Part shown: in pieces, positions 38,079 to 49,279 of the stretch | Layout of the letters: the number at the start of each line of letters is the position of its first letter | Numbering within the stretch: the stretch's first letter is position 1 | NCBI GenBank assembly: GCA_965246715.1 | Contig: CBDFFH010000027.1 | Span: 128,001-192,000, forward strand | Direction: 5' to 3' | DNA: 64,000 bases | DNA from: Chamaesiphon sp. | GTDB taxonomy: Bacteria; Cyanobacteriota; Cyanobacteriia; Cyanobacteriales; Chamaesiphonaceae | Position numbers and translations under genes: made by a program | The notes under the pieces: generated by a model | The model's database searches: none | What the model was told of the DNA's origin: nothing | The model's input: only the letters and a program-made list of their open reading frames with translations

Positions 38079-38501
38079 ATGCCAAAATCGACGATCGAGT
38101 ATTGGAACCCATTGCATCAAGCACATAAAACCCTGTGGAAATCGATCGCAGGGCTTGAAGAAATGGTAGAAGAACTGACTCTCAGCATAGATATTGAAAC
38201 TGGTGAATACACCCGCTTGACTCGGTTTTATCCTGGTGCTGATACGACTAGTTTCGGTGCCAAAAGTCATGCTTATCCTGAAGAGATTTTAATTGTCAGC
38301 GGTCGTCTTTACGATCTAGCTTTCGACATGTGGCTAGAGACTGGACATTATGCCAGTAGACCACCTGGAGAGATTCACGGGCCATTCAAAACCGATCTTG
38401 GTTGTGTAGTTTTTGGAGATATCTTTTCCAGATCGAGTCCAGGAATAGCGAGTGAAAGTTCAGTATCAAAATTAAGTTTGGTCGATCGATCGAATGTATA
38501 A
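38079..38501 (+). CDS. ChrR-like cupin; probable +1 indel at 38410-38414 (true stop about 38448)
   Basis: HAYPEE...YASRPPGEIHGPF; removing one T gives VVLEISFPDRVQE*. Confidence 0.8.
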   Translation: MPKSTIEYWNPLHQAHKTLWKSIAGLEEMVEELTLSIDIETGEYTRLTRFYPGADTTSFGAKSHAYPEEILIVSGRLYDLAFDMWLETGHYASRPPGEIHGPFKTDLGCVVFGDIFSRSSPGIASESSVSKLSLVDRSNV

Positions 38502-38548
38502 GCATTAATATCGATGTGATGTCGTTGGGCTTTGCCCTGCCTTTGGCA

Positions 38549-38633
38549 ATCGAACAGCCAAGATAAGCGGCGGCACGAGTTTTTGAGTCATAAATAGAGT
38601 TTTGGAGCCGTCCGCTGCAAGCCCTGATTATGC
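38549..38633 (-). other. attC site 3 (degenerate)
   Basis: GCATAAT-CAGGGCTTGCAGCGGACGGC...GCCGCCGCTTATCTTGGCT-GTTCGAT. Confidence 0.65.
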
Positions 38634-38683
38634 CTCGTTGCTTCCAGAGATAACTGAAAGATCCACATTTCCTATTTTTAAAT

Positions 38684-39037
38684 TCATGACTCGTATCCCA
38701 AGGTTAGCAAGACCACATCTTCCAATTGAGCTATTATTTCGGGACTCAGTTGTCCTAGTGTACGAATTAAACGAGTTTTATCGAGCACTCTCATCTGAAA
38801 ACATAGGGCAACAGAATCTTGGCTGAGTCCACCATTACCTTGTTCGATGAGTAAACATATTGGCAAGGCGGCTCGGCGTTGGTTGGTGGTAAGGGGAATG
38901 GCAATGATCGTGGTGGAGAACTTGGAAACAAGGTCATTTTGGAAAATGATGACGGGGCGAATGCCCGCTTGTTCGGAACCTTGAGTTGGATTGAGGTCGG
39001 CTAGCCAGACTTCACCCCGTTTAAGAGGATGAGTCAT
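38684..39037 (-). CDS. mazF: PemK/MazF family toxin
   Basis: RGEVWLADLNPTQGSEQAGIRPVII...DS...QMRVLDK. Confidence 0.93.
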   Translation of the reverse strand: MTHPLKRGEVWLADLNPTQGSEQAGIRPVIIFQNDLVSKFSTTIIAIPLTTNQRRAALPICLLIEQGNGGLSQDSVALCFQMRVLDKTRLIRTLGQLSPEIIAQLEDVVLLTLGYES

Positions 39038-39289
39038 AATTGGTCTTCCTGATGGAGCATTACTGCATAGTCATTCATGCCTACTTCGGCAAAGGTGCGA
39101 TCTTCAGTCAGCAAACTCCGTAAACAGGTCAGCCAGTTGCATTGGATCGAGGACAACCCGATTACGACGCTGATTACGAAACTTTAAGAAAGCAATAAAA
39201 TCAGCCACTTGCTGGATTTGATTGTGAGTCAGTCGATCTAAGTCTTGTTTGAGGGCTTCAGTGCTTACAGGCATAGGAAGAAAAAACAT
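39034..39289 (-). pseudogene. Putative antitoxin (DUF2281-like) with a +1 frameshift at 39106
   Basis: QVADFIAFLK...FAD, then out of frame EDRTFAEVGMNDY...EDQL*, overlapping the toxin ATG. Confidence 0.7.
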
Positions 39290-39319
39290 TCACTGTCTCC
39301 TCCATTATAGTAAGAGATC

Positions 39320-39408
39320 GCGAAACGCCCCCGTTCACCCGCCACTAGTAACCTTTCATTCTCAACTAACTACCTTAATACGGTCGGTGTGCAACGGGAT
39401 TGTTAGAC
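39320..39408 (-). other. attC site 2
   Basis: GTCTAAC (contains the gene stop) AATCCCGTTGCACACCG...GCGGGTGAACGGGGGC GTTTCGC. Confidence 0.8.
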
Positions 39409-40362
39409 CTTCAATATGTTTGTTGCTATTTGCTGCGCCACGTCTTGATTTTGCCAGTAGCTCCCATGAGCACTGCCCCCATTTGCTAAAGCCAAGAAAG
39501 TTTGTCGAACAGGAGGTAGTTGCGCGATGAATTCCCAAAAACCAGAACCACGAGTGAGAACATCTTCTACTTGAACATAATTCTCAGAGCCAACAATTAA
39601 TTTATTGATTACTTTTTCTAGTGGCCAAGCAATTGGATCGCCAGGATGAATGAAATTGAGCCAAGGCAGCCTATTATCTCCCTGTGCAAGATTCTTCAAT
39701 AAATTCTCTAAGCCTGGGCTTAAATCATGAGTACTCTCATGATTTTCATTTTTGCCACTAATAGTAATCAGGCTAAACAAAGCAATTGGAGAACCCATAG
39801 TTTGAATGCTAGCCAGTCGAATACCTTGCCCAGGATCTTCCCCTATTCCATAAAGTCGATCTCGGATAGATTTTACACTTTGATAGCCAGAAATTTTTGG
39901 ATCATCCCAACGACTAGCAAACAAAATATCGAAGAGTATTACTGTTCCCCAACTGTGAGTTACTAAATGTAAGCGATCTTCTCCTAGCTTGTAGTCCTTT
40001 AAACCTTTAAAGATCTGTTCTTTGAGTTGATCTGCTGCCATAGAGCCAATCAGACGACTGATGTAAAGACCTGCATCTCCCACAAATTGCAATAGTTGAC
40101 TCTTGCGAAAATCTTGAAACCAAACTTGGCTCCACTTGGAAGAGCCTTTCAAACTTGACAGTAGTTCTGTTAAAGCTGCCCGATTAACATTACCCCAGTA
40201 AAGAGGCACTTTAATACAGTTACGATGGGAAGATTTCTGCTGAACTACCTCAACGATCAACTTAAACAGCTTGTCAGCATAGGTATAAATCTGTTTCTCT
40301 TCATTTTCCTGTGATTCCCGTACATTTACACCATGCAGAAATAGCACATAATCTTTTGACAT
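39403..40362 (-). CDS. alpha/beta-hydrolase-fold hypothetical protein (gene cassette)
   Basis: LFLHG, THSWG, TMGSP, HPGDPIAWP and AHGSYW motifs; low GC. Confidence 0.75.
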   Translation of the reverse strand: MSKDYVLFLHGVNVRESQENEEKQIYTYADKLFKLIVEVVQQKSSHRNCIKVPLYWGNVNRAALTELLSSLKGSSKWSQVWFQDFRKSQLLQFVGDAGLYISRLIGSMAADQLKEQIFKGLKDYKLGEDRLHLVTHSWGTVILFDILFASRWDDPKISGYQSVKSIRDRLYGIGEDPGQGIRLASIQTMGSPIALFSLITISGKNENHESTHDLSPGLENLLKNLAQGDNRLPWLNFIHPGDPIAWPLEKVINKLIVGSENYVQVEDVLTRGSGFWEFIAQLPPVRQTFLALANGGSAHGSYWQNQDVAQQIATNILKV

Positions 40363-40393
40363 AGCTAAATATACCTCTTTATAAATCTAAGCA

Positions 40394-40481
40394 GGCTAAC
40401 GATCGAGCTGAACCGCAACGCCGTCTTGCGCCGCCGTGCGGTTAGCGATAGGCGTTGTCGGTTCCAGCGACCTTGTTATCC
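40394..40481 (-). other. attC site 1
   Basis: GGATAAC AAGGTCGCTGGAACCGACAACGCC...GGCGTTGCGGTTCAGCTCGATC GTTAGCC. Confidence 0.82.
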
Positions 40482-40543
40482 CGCAGCGTTCCAGAGATTT
40501 TAACATATACTAAAAAATTATATGTTACGCTGTCGGCGATAAC
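40401..40543 (-). other. ORF-less first cassette
   Basis: About 55 bp between the attI core GTTATCG and the inverse core GGATAAC; contains TAACATATA-N9-TATATGTTA. Confidence 0.7.
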
Positions 40544-40572
40544 TATTATTAGGCGGAAAGTTTCCGCCTATT
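40537..40572 (-). other. attI site
   Basis: AATAGGCGGAAACTTTCCGCCTAATAATA-GTTATCG, 150 bp upstream of the divergent intI. Confidence 0.7.
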
Positions 40573-40693
40573 CAGCCAAATTCGGGTAGATAGACTGAAA
40601 AATTCAGCATATTCCCCATATAAAAGCAGAATGTTTCTGCCGATCATCATATTTAAGGTGGATCTGCTGAATTTTTCAACATATTGTAATATT

Positions 40694-41050
40694 ATGCAAA
40701 ATCCCCCGAAGAAGCTTCCAGACCAAGTTAGAGACGCAATCCGTCTCTAACATTATTCCTACCGCACAGAAGAAACCTACGTGCAATGGATTGTTCGATA
40801 CATTTTATTTCATAACAAGCGTCATCCCAAAGATATGGGAGTCCCAGACATAAAGGAATTTTTGACTCATCTGGCAGTCGAAGGCAACGTCGCAGCCGCT
40901 ACCCAAAATCAGAACTTCTCAACGCAATTTTATTTCTGTACCGCCAAGGTTTGCAAGCAGGAACTAGATAGTCGCATTAATGCCATCCGTGCCAAACGCC
41001 CACAGCAAATTCCGAGCGTTCTCTCTCCCGACGAAACTGATGATTTATAG
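40694..41050 (+). pseudogene. intI: Integron integrase, N-terminal fragment
   Basis: KKLPDQVRDAIRL*HYSYRTEETYVQWI...HNKRHP...FLTHLAVEGNVAAATQNQ; internal stop, frameshifts, catalytic domain absent. Confidence 0.9.
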
Positions 41051-41226
41051 CCACGTTCTGAATCGTGGAGGGCGAGGTGTTGTGAGTCCACTCGTCGATC
41101 GTTAATCACTGCTCAACGACCGATAAATTTAAGTTTGGCTCGATCGCTCGTTTCCCACAGATGAGGCAACCGAGCGACATTGGCAACAGCATCCCCGCTT
41201 TTAGCCGTTCAACTATTTTGCCGTGT

Positions 41227-42141
41227 TTACGGGTGACTTTCTCGTTCCTTATTTTTTCTTCGATCGATTTTTTTCGACGTGCTTGCTTTTGCATCTTCAC
41301 CTGAGATTTCTTTTTGGTTGGCATGGCTATTTTCTGAGGGGATAAACCTAAATTCTCTCGCACCAAAAGGGTTACTGATTGACTCTTTTCGTTTTTTATC
41401 TTGAAAACAATTCCACCATTCCATCTCCGAAATCGTATCTTCAATCGATGTATAATGCTTGCGATCGCGTAGTTCATTCAATGATGCCTCTTGTCCGAGG
41501 TTGATATAGTAATCGACATCCTCCCGATCGAAGAAAAAACTCTCCACCAAATTCTCATCAAAAGCTCGATCGATCTGCTGCTTGAGTTCGAGCGGAGCGA
41601 TGAAGGCACTCTCCATGACTAATTTAGTCCAAATATAGGAATATTCTCGTTCGAGTCTGGTTGAAAAAAGTTCCTCAAAATACTTAATTACAACTTCTCG
41701 ATCGATCGTCTCTCGAACGACCAAAATAATTAACGAACTGAGCGCAGAACTTCTCACATATTCATTCGCTTGCCGATTTTCGATTAGTTGCTGGATCGGT
41801 TCGATATTGCCGTCGCAAACACTAGCAAGAATTCTGCCTAAATCCTCCGTGACTAGATCTCCTGTAACGTCCATTGAGATCTCTCCAGGCACCGAGAAAA
41901 ACTCGACGATCGGCTGATAAGCTTGAGATTCCCTAAATTGTGCCAGTAAATACATGGCATAAATATGTAGGAAATAGTTAGGGCGTTCTGCCAACTCCTC
42001 AAGCTTAGATTTCCATTCCCTTAGTGTCGCTAATAATATCGGGGTAATTGCCGTCCGCTCGGCGATCGCTCGTTCTAAAGCTAGACGAGGAAATGTGCCA
42101 GTATAGTTCTCTAGTTCGGCGATGATTTCTGTTAATTCCAT
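41227..42141 (-). CDS. DUF1186 domain protein
   Basis: YAMYLLAQFRE...GDLVTEDLGRILASV...EYVRS...EMEWW; the C-terminus may carry indels. Confidence 0.8.
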   Translation of the reverse strand: MELTEIIAELENYTGTFPRLALERAIAERTAITPILLATLREWKSKLEELAERPNYFLHIYAMYLLAQFRESQAYQPIVEFFSVPGEISMDVTGDLVTEDLGRILASVCDGNIEPIQQLIENRQANEYVRSSALSSLIILVVRETIDREVVIKYFEELFSTRLEREYSYIWTKLVMESAFIAPLELKQQIDRAFDENLVESFFFDREDVDYYINLGQEASLNELRDRKHYTSIEDTISEMEWWNCFQDKKRKESISNPFGAREFRFIPSENSHANQKEISGEDAKASTSKKIDRRKNKERESHP

Positions 42142-42268
42142 GATGCCAAGTTTTTGACCGATCTTAGCCTACCCGATCGCATCCTTGCTAGGATTAGCAG
42201 ATGCATGATTCAGATTGTTAAGATCGATCTGCTGGGTTCGTTTCTGTATCTCCTAATCCTTTACAAAC

Positions 42269-43793
42269 TCACCGACGACGATTCAATCGCTGGATGATGA
42301 AAGCTGCGATGAGGCTGGCAGCAACGCCCCAAAGTAATCCATAAAACGGTGCAGTGGCAGCAATACTTTCCTTACTTTGACCTGGTTCTGGCGGCTGGGC
42401 ACCGATCGTGCTAGTGGCAACTTGGGTAACAGATAAACCGACACCAACGATGGCAATCATTTCACTGTTGAAGCGAGCGAGTTTAGTCTGCTCGACGCTG
42501 CTTTCTGCTTGCTCGACGCTGCTTTTTGCTTGTACGATTTTCACGGTGTTATCGATCGCCTGAAAGAGTTTTTCGAGATAGGTCAGGCGGGGAGCTAAGA
42601 ACGCATCATCGGCGGCAATTTGCCGAGCGTAGCGATTGGCATGATTATCGCCGTTGAATTCTTTGAGAAATTTCAGGTCGCTATTTGGGTAGCGAGCAGT
42701 CATTGATTTTAATCGATCGCGGTAATTATCGCAGTTTGTGGCGATCGTCCGTCCCTGGTCGGCTAAATCGATCGATCCTTCGGTATAGGTTTTAAATTGT
42801 TGGAGAGTGTGGAGGGAACTGGTTTGCAATTCATCGAGTTGGTGTTTGACGATCTGGCTACTAGCAGACTTGGACGATCTGAGACGATTGGGATTGAATC
42901 AGAGTGGACAGCGCAGATTCGGTACGATCGCCGATTTGGTGGATCTTAACGACTTCCGATGTGAGATTGGCGGCGATCGATTGGCTTTGGGCGTAAGCTG
43001 CCCAAATTTTGTGCCGATAGTGGAATAGACGCAGCCAGTCTCCGTATGTGGCGGCGATGCGAGCGTTGAGGGCGATCTGGTCGCTCTCAGTATGGGGAAA
43101 GAGCCAAATTAACACATGCTGGCTGGAACCGATCGCGTCAGTCGCATCGTTAATAGCTCTGGGATACCTCCACAGTTCGTATAGATCCCCGCCTAATAAT
43201 TTTCCGCATCCGAGATAGTCGGTATCCCAGTCCCACTTATTATTGGGGTCGGTATTGGGAAAGGTTTGGTCGTAGCAGATTCGCGCGATCGCTTCTGAAT
43301 CTAGATCGGGATTGGTGAGAGTCGCCCGCAGCACCCAAGTTTGTCCGAGGGTAAACGTGCCACCGTGCAGGCGTTTGACAATCTCTTGATGACGATCGCC
43401 AAAGGGATTTGTGGCTAAATCTTGCGGATCGAAGTTGTCTTTACCACCCTGACGATCGCCAGAATAATCGACTAATAGAGCATAGGTATCGTCTAGTTGC
43501 ACGGGATAGTAATAACCATCTGCCGGATCGCCAAATGGTTCGATCTGCTGGGGGTGCAACTCGGTGAAGTGGCTATTAGCAAGTTCGCGAGAGCGAAAAT
43601 GAGCGAGATCTTTATCTACCCGATCGCCATAAATTTTCCGATAGAAGTTCTTCGCCCGATGCTCTGTGGGAGCGGCTGTGCCCACGATCGGGGGCGTGAC
43701 TCCAGCACTAGAGCTAGATTCTGACTCGCCTAAACCTTGCAACAGATCGTAGAGGTAGAGATTGACGGTCGGGTAGATAATTGATTCACTCAT
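42269..43793 (-). CDS. About 500-aa protein with a C-terminal coiled coil and two TM helices (CorA/CATRA-like), split by +1 at 42866
   Basis: ORFs 42861-43793 and 42269-42829 join if one base is removed. Confidence 0.65.
43661..43684 (+). repeat. Double-hairpin element, 24 nt, in frame
   Basis: CGAT[GCTCT gtg GGAGC GGC tgt GCC CA]CG. Confidence 0.8.
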
Positions 43794-44166
43794 GGTCGTG
43801 TGGCGGTCTGTTGCCAGAAGTATTGTGGCAATGTTTGAGCGGCTTTAATGGGATCGTTAGCTCTAACGACGGAGTTAAAGTGGTTGAAAATTTCTTTACT
43901 ATGTTCGGTTTGAATTGTGGTGGGGGTGCGCTGCGATTTGGGTTGGCGAGCAGTTGTTTCTCGATCGCGTTGACGCTCTCTCGCAGGGGTTGGTAGTCGA
44001 GTTCGTCGAGGAAGTCTTGAATCGCGTCGGTGAGTTGGGCGGGGGGAATTTGTCCGAGTTGTTGGAGTTGGGCGGTAATGGCTGGGGGGAGGGGTTCGGT
44101 TTGGTGAGCGAGGGCGGTAATTAGGGAGATGAGGATCTCGTCTTCTGGGGTGATGATGTCTAACAC
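43786..44166 (-). CDS. Small hypothetical protein coupled to the TM protein
   Basis: 126-aa ORF overlapping the next start; helical N-terminus. Confidence 0.6.
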   Translation of the reverse strand: MLDIITPEDEILISLITALAHQTEPLPPAITAQLQQLGQIPPAQLTDAIQDFLDELDYQPLRESVNAIEKQLLANPNRSAPPPQFKPNIVKKFSTTLTPSLELTIPLKPLKHCHNTSGNRPPHDHE

Positions 44167-44280
44167 GATCTTAAACCTCGCGAATGGAGTCTATTTTTTT
44201 ATTCTAGAATATTTGTAGTGAGTTGCTTGGTGCAATAGTTTTCAGCGGATCGCAACATCAAAATTCAGGGAGTTTACCCC

Positions 44281-47200
44281 ATGAACGAACAGCGGCAACA
44301 GGATTATTTTGAATTAGTAAATGCTTTGTTGTCATGTGAAAGTGGCAAAGAAACGAGGTATTAGCCAGCCAGCCAGAATTGGTGGATGAGGGGCTGGTAA
44401 CAACGCTCTTAGCTTACGCCCAAATGTTGGAGCAAAACAATGACCCCAAAGCCATACCTACCAGGCAATGGCTGACAAACTTTGCTAACCAACTCGCCCA
44501 AGTATTGGGACTAAATAGCCCACCTCCGCCTGAAGAATCGGACTCTAGACTCAATTTCCTGATGAGTGTTCTTCAGGCTGTTGCTGATATTCAAGGTGCT
44601 GATAGTCAAGGAAATCCCCGAATAGTAGACTTCCTATTGCGAGCTAATCTTTCCTTGCTGGATGAAGCACTTATCCCCATCCTAACCACATGGTATCGTC
44701 AATCTAGGCTTACCGAGGTAGATGAGGATGGTAAAAATTTTCTTGCAGAAGTTGTGTTTGTATTTGCCAATCTAATTCGACAATTTCCCTTGGGAAGTCG
44801 GTTAATCAATCTGGAAATCGCCATCGCCTGTTATCACTTGGCTCTGGAGGTATATACCCGCGCTGCCTATTCCGCAGCTTGGGCAAGAACGCAATTGAAT
44901 CTGGCTATTGCTTATACAGCTCGAATTCGGGGTGAGCGGGCGGAGAATCTGGAAATTGCTATCGCCTATTATCGCTCGGCTTTGGAGGTATTTACCCGCG
45001 CTGCCTATCCCGAAGATTGGGCAGCTACTCAGAATAGTCTGGCTATTGCTTATACAGATCGAATTCGGGGCGAGCGGGCAGCTAACCTGGAGGAAGCGAT
45101 CGCTTATTCTCGCTTGGCTTTGGAGGTAAGAACTCGCGCTGCCTATCCCGAAGATTGGGCAGCTACTCAGAATAATCTGGCTAATGCTTATCAGACTCGA
45201 ATTCGGGGCGAGCGGGCAGCTAACCTGGAGGAAGCGATCGCTTGTTATCGCTTGGCTTTGGAGGTAAGAACTCGCGCTGCCTATCCCCAATATTGGGCAA
45301 GAACGCAAATGAATCTGGCTATTGCTTATACAGATCGGATTCGGGGCGAGCGGGCAGCTAATTTGGAGGAAGCGATCGCCTGTTATCGCTTGGCTCTGGA
45401 GGTAAGAACCCGCACTGCTTATCCCGAAGATTGGGCAATAACACAAATAAATCTGGCTAATGCTTATAGAGAGAGAATTCGGGGCGAATGGGCGGCGAAT
45501 TTGGAGGAAGCGATCGCCTGTCATCGCTTAGCTCTGGAGGTATTTACCCGCACTGCTTATCCCGATATGTGGGCAAGGACGCAAATGAATCTGGCTAATG
45601 CTTATCAGTCTCGAATTAGGGGCGAGCGGGCAGCGAATCTGGAGGAAGCGATCGCCTGTCATCGCTTGGCTCTAGAGGTATTTACCCACGCTGCCTATCC
45701 CGAACAGTGGGCAAGGACGCAAATGAATCTGGCTAATGCTTATCAGTCTCGAATTAGGGGCGAGCGGGCAGCGAATCTGGAGGAAGCGATTGCCTGTTAT
45801 CGCTTGGCTCTGGAGGTAAGAACCCGCGCAGCTTATCCCGAAATGTGGTCAAGGACTCAAAATAATCTAGGGATGACATTAATCGATCGAGAGCGTTTTC
45901 CAGAGGCGATCGAGTGTTTTCAGTCCGCCCTAGAAATCTACACTCCGCAATCATTCCCGATCGATTGTTTCCGAACAGCCCGCAACCTTGGCAATCTCTT
46001 ATTTAACCAGGGTAATTGGCAACAGGCGATCGATGCCTACGATCTAGCAATTCAATCCGTCGAAACCTCCTGTAGTTGGTCAACCAGCGAAGACGAACGC
46101 CAGCGTGTGATCGGCGAAGCTATCACCGTCTACCAAAACACCATTCAGGCATACATCAACCTCGGACAAATCGACAAAGCCATTACCACCAGCGAACGCG
46201 CCCGCAGTCGTCAACTCGTTGACTTCATGCAAACCAACGATCTTTATGCCGATGGCGAAATCCCTCCCGAAGTGCGAGAACTCCTCGCTAAATATCAAGA
46301 CATCAACAACCACATCCGAGATTACCAAAACACCAACTCCAGCAATAACCCCGAACAGCCCGAACCAAATCGAGCCAGCCGCAATAGTGAAACCTTCGCC
46401 GCCGATACCGCTGCGATTCTCGCCCTCACCGCTGAAAAAGACCGCATCTGGCAACAGATCCGCAAAAAAGACCACGAACTCGCCGGACAAATCCAAGTAG
46501 CCCCGATCGATCTCCCAACGATCCAATCCCTCATCTCCACCCCCCACACCGCCATCCTCAGCTTCTACACCACCGACAACGACACCCACATCTTCATCAT
46601 TGCCCGCAACAGCGAACCCCAAATCCACACCTGCCAGAACTTCCAAGAATGGCTGGGGAAAACATGGTCGGGTAACTACTCTATTAGCAAAAACATCGAT
46701 CGATTCAATGCGGAAATCAAGCAAGCCAAACCAGACGCTCTACCAGGGATAGAGGCTGAATTAGCTGAATATATTGCCAAACTTAAAACTGATGGACTCT
46801 GGAGTGAAAAAAGCTGGCGAGATCTGATGCCAGATACTTCGATCGAGATTTCCCAGCGATTGGAATTAGACGCACTAGTTGCCAAACTCCCCAACATCAC
46901 CGAACTAATTATCATCCCCCACCTCTACCTCCACCAAATCCCCTTTGCCGTACTGCCCCTAGTTGGTGGCTACCTCGGCGATCGCTTCACCATCCGCTAC
47001 GCTCCCAGTTGCCAAATCCTCAAATACTGCACCGATCGAACCGCGATCGTCTCACCCCAATACGGTACGATCGAAGATGCCGATGGCACACTCCCTGGAG
47101 CCGGATTTGAAGGTCATCAAATCGCCGAACTCTTCCAAATTCAGCCAGCATATCGACTGCGCGGTAAAACCCAAGCCTCCATTCAAAACTACCAACGACT

Positions 47201-47840
47201 CCTCACCCAAGTCACCAACATCCACTCCAGCCACCACGCATCCTTCAACCTCTCCAACCCCCTCGAATCCCACCTCAAACTCGCCGATGGAGTAGTCAGC
47301 CTCGGCGATCTCCTCACCAACCGCTATCCCCACCTCAACGAAGTCTTCCTCTCCTGCTGCGAAACCAACCTCGGTACTACCAACTTCACCGACGATCTCC
47401 TCACCCTCGCTACCGCCTTCCTCTGTTCTGGTGCCCGCAGTATCATCAGCACCCTGTGGAAAGTAGACGATCTCGCTACCTGTATCTTCTCAGTCCTATA
47501 TTATCGACTCCGGCGCGATGGACTCGATCGATCCACTGCCATCCAACAAGCCCAATTTCAACTCCGCAACCTCCACAAAGAGCAAATCAAGCCTTTCCAA
47601 TCTGAATTTAAAAACTATTACAATGCTCTAAAAGCAAAAAAAGAGCTACTCGAAGTTTGTGCATTATCTAACGAAGATGTACCTCAATCGATCGATCTTA
47701 ATTGCGAAGAAATAGAACAAATACTAGAAGGAACAACATTTTTTCGGATGAGCCTTCGGAGTCTTCTAAACGGCACAGAAGAATACCCTTTCGCCGATCC
47801 TTACTACTGGGCAGGTTTTATCTGTCAAGGTTTAGCTTGA
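44281..47840 (+). CDS. TPR-repeat CHAT (caspase-like) protease; -1 indel near 44355
   Basis: ERARSR, IPHLYLHQIPF, HSSHHA, FLSCCET, STLWKVDD and PYYWAGF motifs; the N-terminus MNEQRQQDY starts at 44281 in another frame. Confidence 0.9.
44808..45880 (+). repeat. About nine 120-bp (40-aa) tandem TPR repeats
   Basis: NLEEAIACYRLALEV.TRAAYP..WA.TQ.NLA.AY..RIRGERAA repeated with high DNA identity. Confidence 0.92.
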
Positions 47841-47889
47841 TACTTTCCTAGATGTATCGATCGAGATCCATTATTTGTTTCACCGCATA

Positions 47890-49019
47890 GTGTCTACACC
47901 CAAACCAGTCGAGTCAAATGATTCTTCAGTTGCACCCCAGGTTTCACTGACTGGAGTGGTAGAGCGGATTACCTTTCATTCAGAAGAAAGTGGCTACACC
48001 GTCGCTCGCCTCCAATCACCCCGCGCTCGCGAGTTAACCACGATCGTTGGTAACTTCGCGAATATTCAAGCTGGACAGACCCTCCAACTTCAGGGGACTT
48101 GGAAAGAGCATCTTCAATACGGGCAACAGTTTCAGGTTGTTAAATACAGCGAAACTAAACCCGCAACCCTGACAGGGATTGAGAAGTATTTAGGTAGCGG
48201 TTTGATTAAGGGAGTCGGCCCCGTTACTGCCAAACGGATTGTGGCGCATTTCGCGCTAGATACTTTAGAAATTATCGAACAAGATAGCGATCGACTGATT
48301 GAAGTTCCAGGCATTGGTAAGAAACGAGTCAAGATGATTCAAAAAGCCTGGGTGGAACAGAAGGCGATTAAAGAGGTAATGCTGTTCCTCCAAAGTCATG
48401 GGGTTTCGACGACTTATGCAGTGAAAATCTTCAAACAGTATGGGGATAAATCGATCTATATTGTCACGAATAATCCCTATCAACTATCGGAAGATATCTT
48501 TGGGATCGGGTTTATTACCGCCGATACGATCGCCCGAAATTTAGGCGTAGATCCTGCTTCGACATTTCGCTATCGAGCGGGTATCAAACACGTTTTGGGT
48601 GAAGCTGCTGAAGATGGGCATTGTTTTTTGCCTCAGCCGGAATTATTAACAGCGGCAACGACTAAACTCATGACTCAAGAACATACCTCGACGGATAATG
48701 CGGTACTGGAAGTGTTGAAAGCAATGAGCGTGGAACAGGATTTAATCCTGGAAACAGTTGAGAAAGTTCCGTTATATTTCCAACCTAGCTTCTTCTACAT
48801 CAAACAGAATCTCGCCATTTCCATCCTCAAGCTCCTCGAACAGCCTCAATCGGTAGATTTACCCCGCGTCCGCAGTTGGATCGATCGATTTACCCAAAGT
48901 CAGGGCATCAGTCTTTCGCCCGAACAACAGTAAGCGGTAGAGATGGCGGCAACTCAACGGGTAATGATTCTCACTGGTGGCCCAGGTTGTGGGAAGACGT
49001 TTTGTACGCGCACGATCGC
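47890..49019 (+). pseudogene. recD2: RecD2-like helicase, truncated
   Basis: GVVERITF, YGQQF, YLGSGLIKGVG and NPY..GIGF motifs; TAA at 48931, then GGPGCGKT; ends at CGATCGC. Confidence 0.9.
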
Positions 49020-49142
49020 GGCTGCTCCGGCATCTTCTAGCCGTTTGATATTATCTAAATCTTCAGACAGGGGGGCGGCGGCTCCGACTACTAAAGGCGA
49101 TCGCAATTCTAATCCAAGATAAGTTGTAGTTAAGTTCATCAT
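49012..49142 (-). pseudogene. N-terminal fragment of a dihydroorotate dehydrogenase-like protein
   Basis: [18 protein letters not shown]...[18 protein letters not shown]. Confidence 0.8.
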
Positions 49143-49279
49143 TTTTCCTCCTCCGAGCAATCGTGGATATATTTCTGGAAAAATCGACAGCGGATGGAAA
49201 TCGGGATCTTGAGAATATCTCCGGTAAGCTCCACGAACGATCGACAAATTATGTTCGATTGGCAAAGTTTACTGTTCTA

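Noticed and set aside
37589..38548. DUF4440 and cupin genes as further integron cassettes
   Set aside because: They are on the opposite strand to the array and I see no convincing attC around them.
39100..39110. Programmed +1 frameshift in the antitoxin (GAC TGA)
   Set aside because: No slippery codon or internal SD sequence; it fits the window-wide extra-T artefact pattern.
43691..43715. Second micro-element next to 43661-43684
   Set aside because: Only stem 1 is plausible; stem 2 and the GAT flank do not fit.
44808..45880. Diversity-generating retroelement template/variable repeat pair
   Set aside because: Repeats are in-frame TPR units, differences are not adenine-specific and there is no reverse transcriptase in the window.
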